A stretch of 64,000 bases of DNA. Origin: Nemertoderma westbladi (Eukaryota > Animalia > Xenacoelomorpha). Of this stretch, positions 50,825-63,390 are shown piece after piece. Where the stretch lies: contig JAUCBJ010003882.1 in NCBI GenBank assembly GCA_032718475.1, forward strand, positions 3,344-67,343, given 5' to 3'. Position 1 is the stretch's first letter. Every line of letters begins with the position of its first letter. The notes beneath the pieces were generated by a model. The model was given only the letters and a program-made list of their open reading frames with translations, searched no databases and was not told the DNA's origin. The translations under genes and the position numbers were made by a program.

Positions 50825-50932
50825 CTTGACTTGATGTATTGTTTAAATGTGTCCTTCCTTATACCAATCATGTGGTCAGCATGGGCGTGACTGAGAAAAT
50901 ACACCGAACTTTCTAGGTTTTGCCCATCGAAC
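50825..50932 (-). CDS. DCLRE1C: Artemis exon with HxHxDH motif (first exon found; the upstream exon with about 17 codons was not located)
   Basis: ctgcgcag|G TTC...TCA AG|gtaa, 108 nt; FDGQNLESSVYFLSHAHADHMIGIR corresponds to human [25 protein letters not shown]. Confidence 0.95.
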
Positions 50933-51463
50933 CTGCGCAGCAATAAAGTATACAGTAGTAGTTTAGATGCATTGAATCTAAAGGAGCCGAAAACTTTAAG
51001 CAGAAAAAAGTGATAAAACATAAAGTTTTAAAAAGCATGACATATTTTACATATTTCGAAAGCGCAGAATTTTCTCTTTTTTTAGTGCAAATCAAAGATA
51101 AAGCTAATTTAAGACAGGACAAATTAAAAAGTAAAATGTGGAAAAATTTTACAAATCCGTCTCCAAGACTACAAATCGCAGACAAGCCTACATTTGTGGT
51201 CTTGTACAACTTCCAAGACTACATTGCCATTGTAACCTTGGAAACTTCCTTATTTCCCACAATATGTTATCTTGGAATGTCACATGCACTCACATGGTCC
51301 ATAAAAGACAAAAGATGAATGATACGAGCATTATCACGTTTATTTTATAATAATTCCTCATTATAATTAATTAAGATATATTATTATTATCCACAGATAA
51401 TGTGAACATTTAATATGGTAGGCCTACTTATAAAAGTTAAAAATCCATCGTCTTTAAGTTACA

Positions 51464-51754
51464 CGTTCGTGGGGCGTCGCGCAGCACGCGAACTTGAGCA
51501 AGTTCGATTTGATTTGGAGTAAAAAGTTCGAGAGGTATTTGCCCGTAACTTTAAAAATATTTTAACTTTTTCTCTAGTATGCCCATACAAAATTTGGTTG
51601 AAAATGGTTCAAAAAAAGTAATTTACGAATGACTTTTTTACATTTACATTTACAGACATTTTACATTATAGACAGACAGACGGACATGAAATTTTGCCCT
51701 ATTTACTAATTATAATTGTGCGCTAAGGCTCACCCTGACTGCGTGGCTCGAAGC
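51464..51754 (-). mobile_element. TGT-bounded element, 291-bp variant (copy D)
   Basis: Minus-strand ends TGT|GCTTCGAGCCACGCAG...GAGCCTTAGCG and GTGCTGCGCGACGCCCCACGAACG|TGT; internal (GTCT)n. Confidence 0.78.
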
Positions 51755-52308
51755 ACAGTGTATTATTCGACTTTCCGTAAGCAGATAGATTTTTAACAGA
51801 TTGGTAGGCTTTTTTTCCATTGCATTGTAATATGGTTATACTTAGTTGGTTATTTCAACCTCAGAATTTTTGTGCCTGGCGCCATACACCTTTGATGTTC
51901 ATTCACTACACTTATTATTGATAAGCCTTAATCAAACAATTACCGCTAACGGAACTCTACAGAGCTCTACATAAATCATACGAGATAATAAAATTTGCTT
52001 TCAGTACTAGATCTTTCATTATCCAAACATTCAAAGTAGGCCTACATTACGGAATTATGTCTACCTACACTTATATAAAGTAGGCCTACATTACGGAATT
52101 ACGTTAACATACACTTATATAAAATTGATTAACAATCAAACTAAATTACATAATTTCGATTAGGTGAACTATTGTTGACAAGTTACGCATTTAATTGTAA
52201 CTTATCAAGAAAATATGTAAACTTGTCCAACAATTTACAGTATCCACGAAGTCATTGTTACAAGACTAGGCCTAGTATATTTAGTGACAAACCACTCAAT
52301 GTATGACA

Positions 52309-53889
52309 CGTTCGTGGGGCCTTCGCGCAGCACGAGGCCCAGTTATTAGATACAAATTAAAATTGAGCGACTGTATCACAAAATCAGGTTTTGAGAAATT
52401 TACCCACACCACCAATCAATCAAAGAAAGGGGGACAGTACGTGTTCACCCCTTTTAATCCCCCCCCCCCCCCCCAACCTTCCCAACCACCAATACATAAC
52501 CGGGACATCTACCACCCACGGAAGGGTAGCACGAACTTATTTCCAATCGCACGTTAAATATGCAAAGCCAGGTGGTTTATAGGAATATAATAAACGCAGT
52601 ACTCGTTTTCATTATAAGCCTCTTTGCGTTCGTCCTGTTTTGTATTTAAATATATTTCTTAAACGCAGGCTGACGATATTTATAATAATAATAACTAGGG
52701 ATGCGATCAATATGTGAAGCCAGGTGGTTTATATAATAATTTAGTCAACGAGGTACTCGTCTTCATTATATGCCTCGTTGCGCTCGTCGCTTGTCCTGTT
52801 TTGTCATAAAATACTTTTCCTAAACGCAGACTGACGATCTTTATACAGTTATAACTATGCGAAGTTTCGAAACTGTGCGATACATCTATGTGGAGATGTG
52901 TGATATGTGGAGATGTGTGATACAACGCCAACGCATCTTATGCCGATGTAGTAATATGGGTATTGAAATAATATTAAATCAATGTACACTCTTAAAGCTG
53001 CAGCGAAAAAATGTAGCTAATTTCCTAGGTTACATATAAAATAATAATATTATTTTTAAGAACATTAATTTTACTACTTTGCAAAAATTCAATTAAAAAA
53101 TAACCAGACATATACATTGTGGAATAAACTATTTCAGATAAGCCTACACAACAGCCATGCCATGGATGGTATTTATGTTATTATATCTGTCATTTACCTG
53201 AGATAGCAATACAACACTTATAGTAGAGTCAATACAGGAAGGATGTTGGAATGCTGCCTGGGCTGGAATAGCAATACTGGTTGCCTATTACAATTTCTCT
53301 CTGGTTAGTCTACAGCCACAACTCCAAGCTAGCTCCACACCAGCAGAGACTTGACCAATAATCATTCCCAGCAACTAGCTGCCTTAACACACATCCTTCC
53401 ATCTATGCACCAGCATGTTAGCCAATAAATGAGCAGTATTTAATGAGAACCAATTTTTTATGACGTTTTAATTACTTTAGATCAATTAAAGACACAATTA
53501 ATAAAGCAAATCACTTGAACTAATTAAAAACTATAATAGAATGGCGTATGTGGATTACATCTGTATAATTTTTAAGTATAATTATTTAAATCTTATACTG
53601 TAAAACAATTAATTTCCTTTAACAGGCAGGTTGAAAATGGTGTTTTTACCGTAATCAACTTAATTAACTAATTAACTGCTATTATCTTAGCTTCTCGAAG
53701 GCCACACGGAAATTCTACTTGGAAAATTTCTAAACTTTTGCCAAACAACATGTGTACCAAGTTTGGATAGATTTCATCAAAGATTGGCTGAGTTATTAAC
53801 GTTTAAAATTGGACGCGACAGAACGACAGAACGACAGGTTGATTAATGGTACCACTACGCTAAGGCTCACTCACTTCGTGGCTCGCCCC
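52309..53889 (-). mobile_element. TGT-bounded element, 1.58-kb variant (copy B), inverted twin of 5239-6801
   Basis: ACA flanks at 52306-52308 and 53890-53892; near-identical reverse complement of copy A (track ORFs 6101..6394 and 52707..52931 share their C-terminal sequence). Confidence 0.9.
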
Positions 53890-54169
53890 ACAAGTCTATG
53901 TTGACAAGACTACTTTTTTATAATAGTCTTGGAAATTCTAGCTCCTGTTGTAGCCAAACTATAGTTCATTAAAAATATGACACTCTTAATGCATATTTAC
54001 TGCATATGAAGCCTAACACTATGTGTAGTCTTGGAAGCATAACCGGGGATTATTGAGGCTAGTCTCTATATTTCGCGTAGTTGTAATCAACTTTATCCAA
54101 ATTTCATACCGCTAATAGATATTATATTTTGGATGGTTCATGAAGCATAATACTGAAATTTCAAGATAT

Positions 54170-55346
54170 CGTGACCAAAGAGCCAGAACAACACTCACCA
54201 AAAAATGTGGTTTCGAGAAAAATGCAAAAAACCTTCTCATTTCCCTGTATATGGATCCCGTCTCCTAATTTTTTCGACAGAGGTCTGGGAAGATACAATG
54301 ATAGGCCTAACTTTTATAACATTGGCTAGCATTCAGAATAAATTTTGTTAATGAAAAAAAAAACTATTTTTTTTCGTTATTTTCCAAAGAGGCAAAACAA
54401 CACATACTGAAATTTAATATTTACTCTAGTCTGTGTGTGTTGTTCTACCTCTAGGATTTGATCACAGAAACAGAACAACTCACGTCATTCCTCGTCTATT
54501 GAATGGTATTTTTCAAAGCATGATAGATATTTAAATGTCGCGAACGGACTTACGCACTTGACATTTCCATGCTGCTCTATTGGATATTTTTCGCCCCTTG
54601 CCAGGCTTCCTCATGTTTCCCTATGACGTCATGTTTCCCTTGGACTAGGATCATCCTCATCGTCACTATAACTAGATGATGGAATGTAATTTAACTCTGT
54701 AAACTCGAAGTCATCAACGTACTCAATTTGTACATCGGCATCATCTGCTGGTGAATTCTCAATTGAGCACATGTGATTTAAATGGTAATTTCTATAAATA
54801 GCCCTACTCCGATAATAACTCATTTGAAAGCAAGTAATTATATTAATTTAGATTTGATTCAATACTAACATTATTTAAAAATCAAATAGATTATGACAAA
54901 AGTATCATTTTCGATGACTTGTTTTTTGGCCGTAAAGGCTCATCATCATACCCTAAAAACGACATTACTGTACCGATTACATTACCACTTAAATGGCGTC
55001 AGGTAGTGTGGAACTTTTCATATTAATCAACTTTGCCGCTAATTTAAATACATATTCCAGAAAAATTTGGCTTCTTTTGATTCGTTGAGTGTACAATATA
55101 CATGAGTTGTCATACATTGCATTGTGTGGGTTCTTTTGCTTCGAATAAGTGTGGTATGTGTTGTTTTACCTCTAACAGTTTTCAACTAATATGTTGTGAG
55201 GGTTGTTCTGGTTTACCATATATCCTAAACGGACTGACATACAAGTCCAGGATTTTAACATAAGATGTAGAACGCCATCGTGAGTAATTTTGGTGAAATT
55301 TTTTTTTTTTAATTGTGGTATGTGTTGTTCTGGCTCTATGGTCACG
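54170..55346. mobile_element. Non-autonomous TIR DNA transposon, Sola1-like, possibly with a relic of the transposase N-terminus (minus strand, about 54540-54823)
   Basis: TIRs of about 30 bp CGTGACCA(A/T)AGAGCCAGAACAACAC; perfect 4-bp ATAT duplication (AWWT targets are characteristic of Sola1); TIR motif repeated internally near 54388, 54432 and 55151. Confidence 0.78.
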
Positions 55347-57294
55347 ATATAATTGTTTTATGCAAAGAAGTGGTTACATAGGTTTTTCGACACAATTTCC
55401 TTACACTTTATACTTGGGTTTCCTGTCGCGATAAAATCTATGGAAATGTACTGCAAGTACTGTAGTTTTACTGAACTGCAAATTATATGAGGATCACATA
55501 GGTATGTAATATATTTGCATAAACTTGCTTTGAATTATTCATTTACGATCTATTATGACGCCACCTCTTCCAAAACAACACACATTTTATTGACAAGTCT
55601 ACGTTTTTATGTATCTTGGGATTTACTTTCTCATGTTGTGCTACAATTTTACAACTTATATGTTAAAGATTAAAAAATTAGCTTTCGAACGATACTTAAA
55701 TGACAAAAATCCGTTTAGCGGTTCAAATTTTACAAGTTTTACCAAAACCTTGGACTTTTAATTCCTTAAAGTGTTGTAGTTAAAGTACACATAATCAGAT
55801 AGGTACAAAATGGAATATAAGGCAGAGTTTCAGTTTCATCGTTAAAGTGGGCGAGGGTGTAATATAGGTTACACGAGGATATCGTGTTCGAGAATTAAAT
55901 TATATTCACACACACAAAATGATACGAGATTTTAGATTTGTTTGATATTTAGCTAAGGTTCAGGCGTTCACGCAGCCCGAGAAGTGAGACAGATTCCTGG
56001 TATACCTTCTCTAGTCTACTCTAATCTGCTTTTGAAAAGAATAACACGCCTGTTTGGGGGCAATGTTTGTCAAACATTATCTTTGTGTTAAGTCTCTAAG
56101 TGCGACTATATTTTGTTTTTTTGCATTGAAGACACTAAAAAGGGGCATTGTTCACCGAAACGGCTCCTAAATGAAGAACGCGTTTAAATGGCTTATGGAT
56201 TGCGCACAAGCAATATTTTCATGATTGAGGGTGAATTGGGTAAATTTGGTGATACTAAAAAAAGGACAATTAATATAACTTCCAGAGGAGGGTACCTTTT
56301 GCATTTTGTCCTACACTTTATGAATTTTTAATATGTTTCATGTTATTTCTCAACCATTGTTTTTCAGAGAATGACTAGTGATTTGGAACAAAGCTTCCTA
56401 ATGAAGTTTTGAACAACCGTTAACTAATAAATGTTTTTCCACAAAATATGACACAAACGCCACTTAAGAAAACGCTCCAAGAAGGAACATATTAGTGCCT
56501 CCTTATTCAGTGTAAAGGCGCCATTATTGTGAGTTTGTTAACCAAAAGAGATGCTATTTCCTTCAATTTAAGAAGGGCACTCAAGGCCTTTTCGGGCTCC
56601 GAAATGGGCCCTGTAAATTTATATTTACCCACCACCCCCCCCCCCCCCCCACCCCCCCAAAATAAAAATAGACTAACAAGCGTTGGAATGAAATCAATAT
56701 CATATTATAGTAATAAATAAATATATAAGGCAAATCGTTATCAACTAAATATAACTGTGACATTAAAACCCTAAAGTAATTCGCTATACACAGACAGCAC
56801 AGAATACACACACACCTCGTATCTAACCCATTATAAATAGTGTCGATTTATAGCTACACAAAGTGGCCTAGACAACGACTAAACATGAAGTTAACCTTCA
56901 TGGTGATAATGGTTGAGATCGTTCAGCTTTTATTTTCATTTTATTCCCCAAAATTGTCTCATCTTATATTGCACTTAGTATCTTGGTATCTGTACTTTTT
57001 GTTTACCACTGTTGTGATGTTCCATGTTATGGCAAAAGAGTGAATCGCTAAACACTTAAATCTTAACTTTTTACGCTTAAAAAAATTAATTCACGGAGTC
57101 AAATTATGTGGAGTTTTGAGTATAAAATCATCTCTCTTGGCAGTTACCTATAATGCAGACCTATAATGTTGGGAATAAGAGTAGCGTCTACTCTTATTCC
57201 CAAAGTTGAATAAATAATCCCAACACTTTACTTCTTCCCCCGTCAGATTTCTGGTCCTATCTCGCTGTTTTGGAAATTATCACGAAATTAAACT

Positions 57295-57362
57295 GTCTCA
57301 CCACAGGTTTGAACTCGGTTACTCCCAATAGGAGGCGGATGGTTGACCAAACTACTCCAGGA
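57295..57362 (-). mobile_element. Degenerate tRNA-derived SINE head
   Basis: Minus strand reads GGAGTAGTTTGG...CCGAGTTCAAACC (A- and B-box-like). Confidence 0.4.
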
Positions 57363-58002
57363 TTGTAGGGAGAGAATGAAAATTAGGAAAAGTTTTGATT
57401 ACAACATTTATAAAAATGTTTAAATATGGATTATGAATACAATCCAATAAACGCTACCAATATCAATCAATACAAGTACAAGCCTACTCCATAAGAGTAG
57501 ATTCGGGTTCAAATTAATATGTTTCAAAATGCAATCAATCGTTATTTATGTGGCGTGTAGCTGTAAAATAACAATATTATAACAGGACTTGGTATATTAA
57601 AGCAGGTTAGGTTAGCACAAAATAATATATCACTTGTCTAAATCAGTAAAAAAAGCTATAAACACCACAATTCAGCCAATTGAGCTTCAAACTGAAACCA
57701 ATCTCTGTGAATAGAGAGTAGTGGCAGACAGGCTATTGGCATTCAAGTTGGAATCCCTAACTGTACCGGAGCCAGACAAAATCGAGGACTCCATCGAAAA
57801 AAATAAATTAGACTCCGACTCCAAGTCAGGACTGAAATTTTTCACAAACCACAAATATAAAAAAATAGACTCATGTAATGAGGTGACCTTAATATGGACA
57901 ATCATTATCAACAAAAAAAAATCAGTGCTGAAGGGACTCTGCTGCTGCTGTTTATATGCAGAGTTTGCGTAGAGTCCATAAATTGCACAACTCGTAACCG
58001 TT

Positions 58003-58081
58003 AGCCTCCGCGGTGTGATGGACACTGGACAGCAAGCCCGTACGTATATCGGGAACCCGGGTTCGATCCCTGCTGGTGGCG
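58003..58081 (+). mobile_element. tRNA-like sequence (SINE head or tRNA pseudogene)
   Basis: B-box GGGTTCGATCCC in a T-arm-like hairpin and partial GCC...GGC acceptor pairing, but irregular D and anticodon arms. Confidence 0.5.
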
Positions 58082-58953
58082 AGTTCATTATTCGTTCAAT
58101 TGTGGATATTCAACATTGTGGAAAATAGATTGGGATTGTCAGGAAAGTGTCATTTTTAGCCAGATTGACTATAATAGGTATTTATAACTCTTTCAATATA
58201 CTCCCCACAGTACTAAATATAGTTGATAAATTCCAAACTGGAAAGAGACAAGGGTGATAACTGGACGCAAATCCCCATTTCAGCGAATTCCTATATCGTT
58301 TCAATGTTAAATTAAGGGAAAGGAGCAGGTTATAGTGGAACGCCATTCTAACCAAATAAATAAATAAAGTCAATAGAACAGGTGACACTTTTCGTCGATT
58401 TATGACCCAAGTCAAGTCGTTTCTAAAATTTGCACAACAAAAATTATTTAGCACTATATTGGCTTGATTCAATTACTATTACTAATTTATCAATTTAAAT
58501 AGAAGATTATCATTATTAACTATATCAGCTCCAACATTATATGGGTTTTAACTTGAATGCCAACAGAAGAAAATAACTGGCTGATCATGACGCGACACTG
58601 AAGCAAAAAACCATGACGGTATTTAATTCTTGTTTAAAGAAGTTCGGATTTCAATCTCTATGACCAACTAAAATCAAGTTAACTTCAAGCTAAGGGAAAT
58701 GTATGATTAGTGCATTTAAACTGTTTGAAAAGTCTAAACTAAATAAACGAATAATGATAATTGCAGAGAAAGAATTAAACAATTAAATTAAATCAAAACA
58801 TTATGTATAAGGTATTTTACAAATACAAATATTATTATTATATGTGTAAGTAATGCAATACATACATAACATAATGTGCTATTAATAATTGTGAACTAAC
58901 CAAATTATATTTAAAAGTAATATAGTGGTTCTTAGGCCCCAATTATAAAACGC

Positions 58954-58959
58954 TTTATT
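58954..58959 (-). terminator. Candidate polyadenylation signal (AATAAA) of the AMPK gamma gene
   Basis: AATAAA on the minus strand about 60 nt after the stop codon; such hexamers are common in AT-rich DNA. Confidence 0.4.
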
Positions 58960-59016
58960 GAATAAACTAATAATTAATATTAAGATTATTATGTACAATA
59001 TTATAATAAAAGAATC

Positions 59017-60303
59017 TCACTCTCCGCTATGAGATCTCGGCCGGCTTTCATTATCCTTTTCCTGAGTTGTAGATGTTGGATTCAAAATTAAGAAGTTTAA
59101 TATATCGGACAGAGAGACCATGCCAACCACTGAGAAATTATCGTCAACTACAACCAATCGATGTATCTCGGCCTCAACGACCTTGGAGATGACCCTGGAG
59201 AGAGATTCGTTAGACTTGCAGGTGACAACGCCCTCGAAAGTGTCAGAACGATGGTCCATCGCCTTCGAGACAGAGACATCGAGGTTGTTGTAGGAGCGCT
59301 GCGCCGCGAGGTTTATAACGTCAAACTTGGCGTAGATATCCACCACTTTGCCGTTCTCGTCTATGACCGGCAAGGCGGAAACGCGACGCTCCACAAACAA
59401 GCCGAGAGCGATAATCACGGGGGTGTTGGGCGTCACAGTGGCGATATCCGTGAAAGTTCCGATCGGGAGGGAATCCAGAGACTGGTCCATAAACCCGGGT
59501 CTAGGAAGTTCTTCGAGAAAGATGTCCAAGTAACGGAGGATACGTTTATGAGTGAGTATGTAGAGAGCGTTACCGGATACGGGATCGACCACGGGGAGCC
59601 GATGGATCCGGTTCTCTAAGAGGAGTCGGACCGCGTCGTAGATACTCGAGGTAGCCGGGATAGCAATGAGTCCCCGGGCCGAGTCCATCCCGAGAACAGA
59701 CCGCCACGTCGCCAACCGGTGCTCCTCCAACTCGTCCATCTCAACCAGCGGCGATTTATAGTATTTGAAGAGTATCTGAATGAAGTCGCTGATTGTCAGC
59801 ATCCCTACGTAGTTCTGGGCGGAGTGGTCCCACAGCGGGGCAGCCCGGACCCCGTTGTAAACGAGGGCGAAAAACGCCTTCTTAACGTGGAGCTGGGTGT
59901 CGAAAACGACTAACTTGGAACTTGTTGGGATGATGTCATAACATTTCCGAGTTTTAACGAAGTTTGCGTAGGTCATCTCCGGTGTTGTTACACTGAGCGA
60001 CGATAGATTGAGATGCGAGGAGGGCAGGGAATGGGGAGAGCCGGGCGCGTTGTCGTTGTCAGCGAACAAGTGTTTGGGGGTGAGGAAGGAGCGCGAGGGA
60101 TGGAGGTCGGAGGAGGGAATGTCTATGGAGAGACTCGGGGAGGTAAAGGGAATGGATTGGGCTCTGGACTTTGTGCCCTGTAGCCCACGGGGGGACAGCT
60201 GCGATTTAGCAGATCCTCGCGCCGGGGAGGGAGATTTTCCTTTCTTGTCCCGACGTCCGAAGTTCATTAAACTAACGCGCCTTTTGCCGGTATCTTGTGA
60301 CAT
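59017..60303 (-). CDS. PRKAG: 5'-AMP-activated protein kinase gamma subunit (four CBS domains), CBS region in a single exon
   Basis: [88 protein letters not shown]. First in-frame ATG at 60303 (428 aa); an acceptor (tactgcag) 27 nt upstream allows an N-terminal extension. Confidence 0.97.
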   Translation of the reverse strand: MSQDTGKRRVSLMNFGRRDKKGKSPSPARGSAKSQLSPRGLQGTKSRAQSIPFTSPSLSIDIPSSDLHPSRSFLTPKHLFADNDNAPGSPHSLPSSHLNLSSLSVTTPEMTYANFVKTRKCYDIIPTSSKLVVFDTQLHVKKAFFALVYNGVRAAPLWDHSAQNYVGMLTISDFIQILFKYYKSPLVEMDELEEHRLATWRSVLGMDSARGLIAIPATSSIYDAVRLLLENRIHRLPVVDPVSGNALYILTHKRILRYLDIFLEELPRPGFMDQSLDSLPIGTFTDIATVTPNTPVIIALGLFVERRVSALPVIDENGKVVDIYAKFDVINLAAQRSYNNLDVSVSKAMDHRSDTFEGVVTCKSNESLSRVISKVVEAEIHRLVVVDDNFSVVGMVSLSDILNFLILNPTSTTQEKDNESRPRSHSGE

Positions 60304-61033
60304 AACGGTTAACAAGATATACAAAAAGCTCTGCAGTATTTAAAACAGTAAAAATACAAATACCGTATCCAACAAAAAGAGAGAATGCAAATGACAAATA
60401 CAGAAATATGATACACAGATAGATAGACTGATACAGGAAACGATTTGCATTAGCTTGAAGGTGTAAAGTAGTATTACAGTCTACTGGTCTAGGCCTACTA
60501 GTACTATACAATACACCATGCTGCCGTGAGTCCCGGAATATAGTGTCGAAATTTCTATGACACAAATCCCCCCTCCCCAAATTTTTCAACAAATCTTAAT
60601 GAGATTGCATGAAATTTGAAACAAAGATACTTCCTGAGCCTGACCACTTTACTGGGTGAGCCAGGACTGCAGGATTTATACTTTTGTTTCCAATTTTTAG
60701 CTACAAGCGATTAAAAAAAAGCGTCTCCGGCGATATTGCAATTGCACCAGTCCCACCTCAGTTATTCTTCTACTTTATAGAGGTTTGTTGGTAGGGTTAG
60801 GGTATACGTACTGTTAAAAAGCTGGCCATTCAAGGATTCCAAATGTAAATATATTTGGTGGTAAATAGCTGAGATAATGAGCTTTCAAAATTTGCATGGT
60901 TGTTTGTAAGCTATTGTTGGCTATTTTATTCTATTTAATAAAAACACCATATTCTGGAACAGTTCGTTAATGTACGAATGGCTACAATAGTATGATTCAA
61001 AAAGATGTAATGCATTGTTGCCCAGCTACTGAA

Positions 61034-62452
61034 CCGTCAACAGGGGTGACTTCGATACTCCGATTGACTATGATTATTTCGGACTGAGTATGATAATTAT
61101 TTTAGGTTATATAGCAGACGAAGTCTGTATTAGAAAGCACAGCCAGGGCGACGTTAAGGAAGGTGAAACGTCACCCTGCCAAACAGCCAAAGGACGCAAT
61201 CTCAGAGTTGGAGCTTGGAGGTATTTAGGTAAAAGTGGTCTCTCCCAAGTTTGGGCCATTTCCAGAGGTACAATTTTCTAGACTTTTTGTCCATTTTTGG
61301 CTGCTCTGGGTGCGAAATAAAAAAGCTGAACCTCGGTTTTTTTTTTCGAATCCTCGTTTTGACGTACACGACAGACAGAGTACAGACAGTTGTCGGTTTT
61401 TTTTTTATTAACGGCTCTAAACTGCTACAGTAAGGTTTAACGGTTTAAGGCTTGCTGTCGGGAATCGAAAGAAGGGCATTAAACTGTAAAATAAGATAGG
61501 CCTACCCTATTTCAGTATTTTGTAAAATAAAAGTTCACCATTGTCCGTTGGTTGTCCGGCTAAGACGAAAAAAACTGTCAAAATGACATTTTTCTAGCTT
61601 CTATACTGCTATATCTTGGCTAATATTTATCGTAAAGGTACCGAACTGCCGAACCAGGGCGTATGGAACAAGGGAGAGTTATTGCTCTTTCTTTCTATAT
61701 CATATATAACGAAAGTAATCGATTTATTTATATTTCCAGCCGAATATAAGGGCTAAGCATTGTCCGTTTTTTACCAAATTTTATAGAAAAAATGATAAAT
61801 GATTTTAAAATTAGACAATGCTAACAATTCCACCTACCGGTATTCTTTCTCTGCATATCGGATGTCAGGATGTTGGTACAAAAAATACATGGGCAATAAT
61901 AGTAAGGGCTTATAACAGTATAAAAATTGTATATATCTCTATATGCATATATGTAGCTAAGCTACCTCACACATCACAACCTCTACCTCATTTCATATTT
62001 TGTGTATTTAGAAACTACCGGTAAATGCAATTTAAGTGCATTTATTTCTATGCAACGGAAATAATATGGAGGCCTAACCCATGTAAAAGTTACATTTTAA
62101 GTCACAATTTTGACTTAAAATATCTATATATTTTTTTAAAATCCGAAATTTTTATCATAGTCAACTAATACCAGGAGCAACTAGGCGTAGGCCTATGATA
62201 TTTCCATAAGATAAAATGTAATTATCATAGTCACCCTGACGCTTGGGTAACTATGATAATTTTTTGGGTCAAAAAAAATGCCATTGACATTTCAAAATGT
62301 GAAATGTCAATGGCATGCATATAGTAGGGAAGGAAGACTGAATCTGAATCGTGAATGTTATGATCCAGGTATTTTTCCGTTACCATCACCTGTACTTTTG
62401 CAGGGTCACCCGTATGAGTTCTGAAAACTATCATAGTCACCCCGGTTGCCCG
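61034..62452. mobile_element. Degenerate non-autonomous TIR element, pogo/Tc1-mariner-like
   Basis: CCGTCAACAGGGGTGACTTCGATA versus reverse complement of the right end CGGGCAACCGGGGTGACTATGATA (19 of 24); TA on the right flank; internal atcatagtca repeats. Confidence 0.55.
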
Positions 62453-62954
62453 TACGTATCGGATAAATAAAATGTTCCAGAATATGATGCATTTATTAAA
62501 TATAATAAAATAGACTTGGGTACCGTAGGTGTAGATGCAAAACAATGCAACTTTTGAACGCCCGTATCTCAGCTATTTTTGAACGAAATTCAGATTGTGT
62601 TACATATTTGGAATCCTTGCTCGGCCAGCCTTCTAACAAAGACAAATACCAACAAACAGCTGTAACAGTAATTGAAAGTAAAATAAAAATTCTGACCCAT
62701 GCACTAAGGGAAGGGGTTATTCAGTTATAGTTCATATGCGTACCTCTGGTATTTTCGTATTGCAAAAATAAGACTATAAGTATGAAATACCCTATGTTAT
62801 TGAGATATTGTTTATTGTTTTGGTTAGAAAAGCCCACCACTGTAACCTGCTCCTTTCCGTTAATTAAGTAATGGAGATTAGTTTATTGTTTTGGTTAAAA
62901 AACACCACCACTGTAACCTGCTTCTTTTGCCAGAGGTACGCATATGAACGATAA

Positions 62955-63269
62955 CCGGTTATTCAAGTATTACCGTCATCAGAAAATTTTTGACATCCCC
63001 CCGGCCCCGCCCCCACCCCCTGATCATCATAAGCTCATTAGTGACCCAGAACCCCACCACCCCCAAGGTCATCAGTCATCATCTGGCAGTCTGGCTAAAA
63101 CTACCGTACCGGGAACAATAAATGAAAAATATAAACTTTTTTGTTGCCATGAAATATGCCTGTATGTACCGGTAACATGTAGGTATAAAATCAGTTTTGA
63201 TAGAGCCCAAGCCCACCCACCCTCAAGCTGTCAAGTGCTGAAGTGATGACGGTAATACTTGAATGACCC
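62955..63269. mobile_element. Harbinger/Tourist-like MITE
   Basis: Inverted repeat GGT(T/C)ATTCAAGTATTACCGTCATCA at both ends with TAA flanks. Confidence 0.75.
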
Positions 63270-63300
63270 TAAGCAGCTAAGTGGTCGTGGTACTCGTGGT

Positions 63301-63390
63301 CGGGAAGTGAAACTCTTGAAACTCACTGTTTCAAACTTCATGCGATCTTCTGATCTCATTAAGATTTGTAGAAAAATTTAGGGCGGGGGC
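63301..63390 (-). promoter_or_regulatory. Candidate first exon and promoter of the AMPK gamma gene
   Basis: Minus-strand donor ACA|gtgagt at 63327/63326; ATG at 63359 gives MRSEDRMKFET, in phase with the 60330 acceptor; GC box GGGCGGGGG at 63381 and ETS-like CGGGAAGTG at 63301. Confidence 0.35.

Noticed and set aside
9422-50932. Artemis plus nested LRR-Ig receptor as a somatic receptor-diversification (VLR- or V(D)J-like) system
   Set aside because: The receptor is a complete single gene; no LRR cassettes, gene segments or RAG-like ORFs are visible. Proximity alone is not evidence.
2486-56658. Recurrent poly-G/poly-C runs as functional G-quadruplex sites
   Set aside because: Scattered, often inside repeats, and homopolymer lengths are unreliable; no positional pattern.
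57632-57700. Minus-strand FEAQLAE as the missing first Artemis exon (cf. human FEGQMAE)
   Set aside because: No nearby Met, an in-frame stop follows, and there is no phase-2 donor after an Asp codon in that frame.
58003-58081. Functional tRNA gene
   Set aside because: Only the B-box/T-arm is convincing; no regular anticodon arm. Treated as a SINE head or pseudogene.
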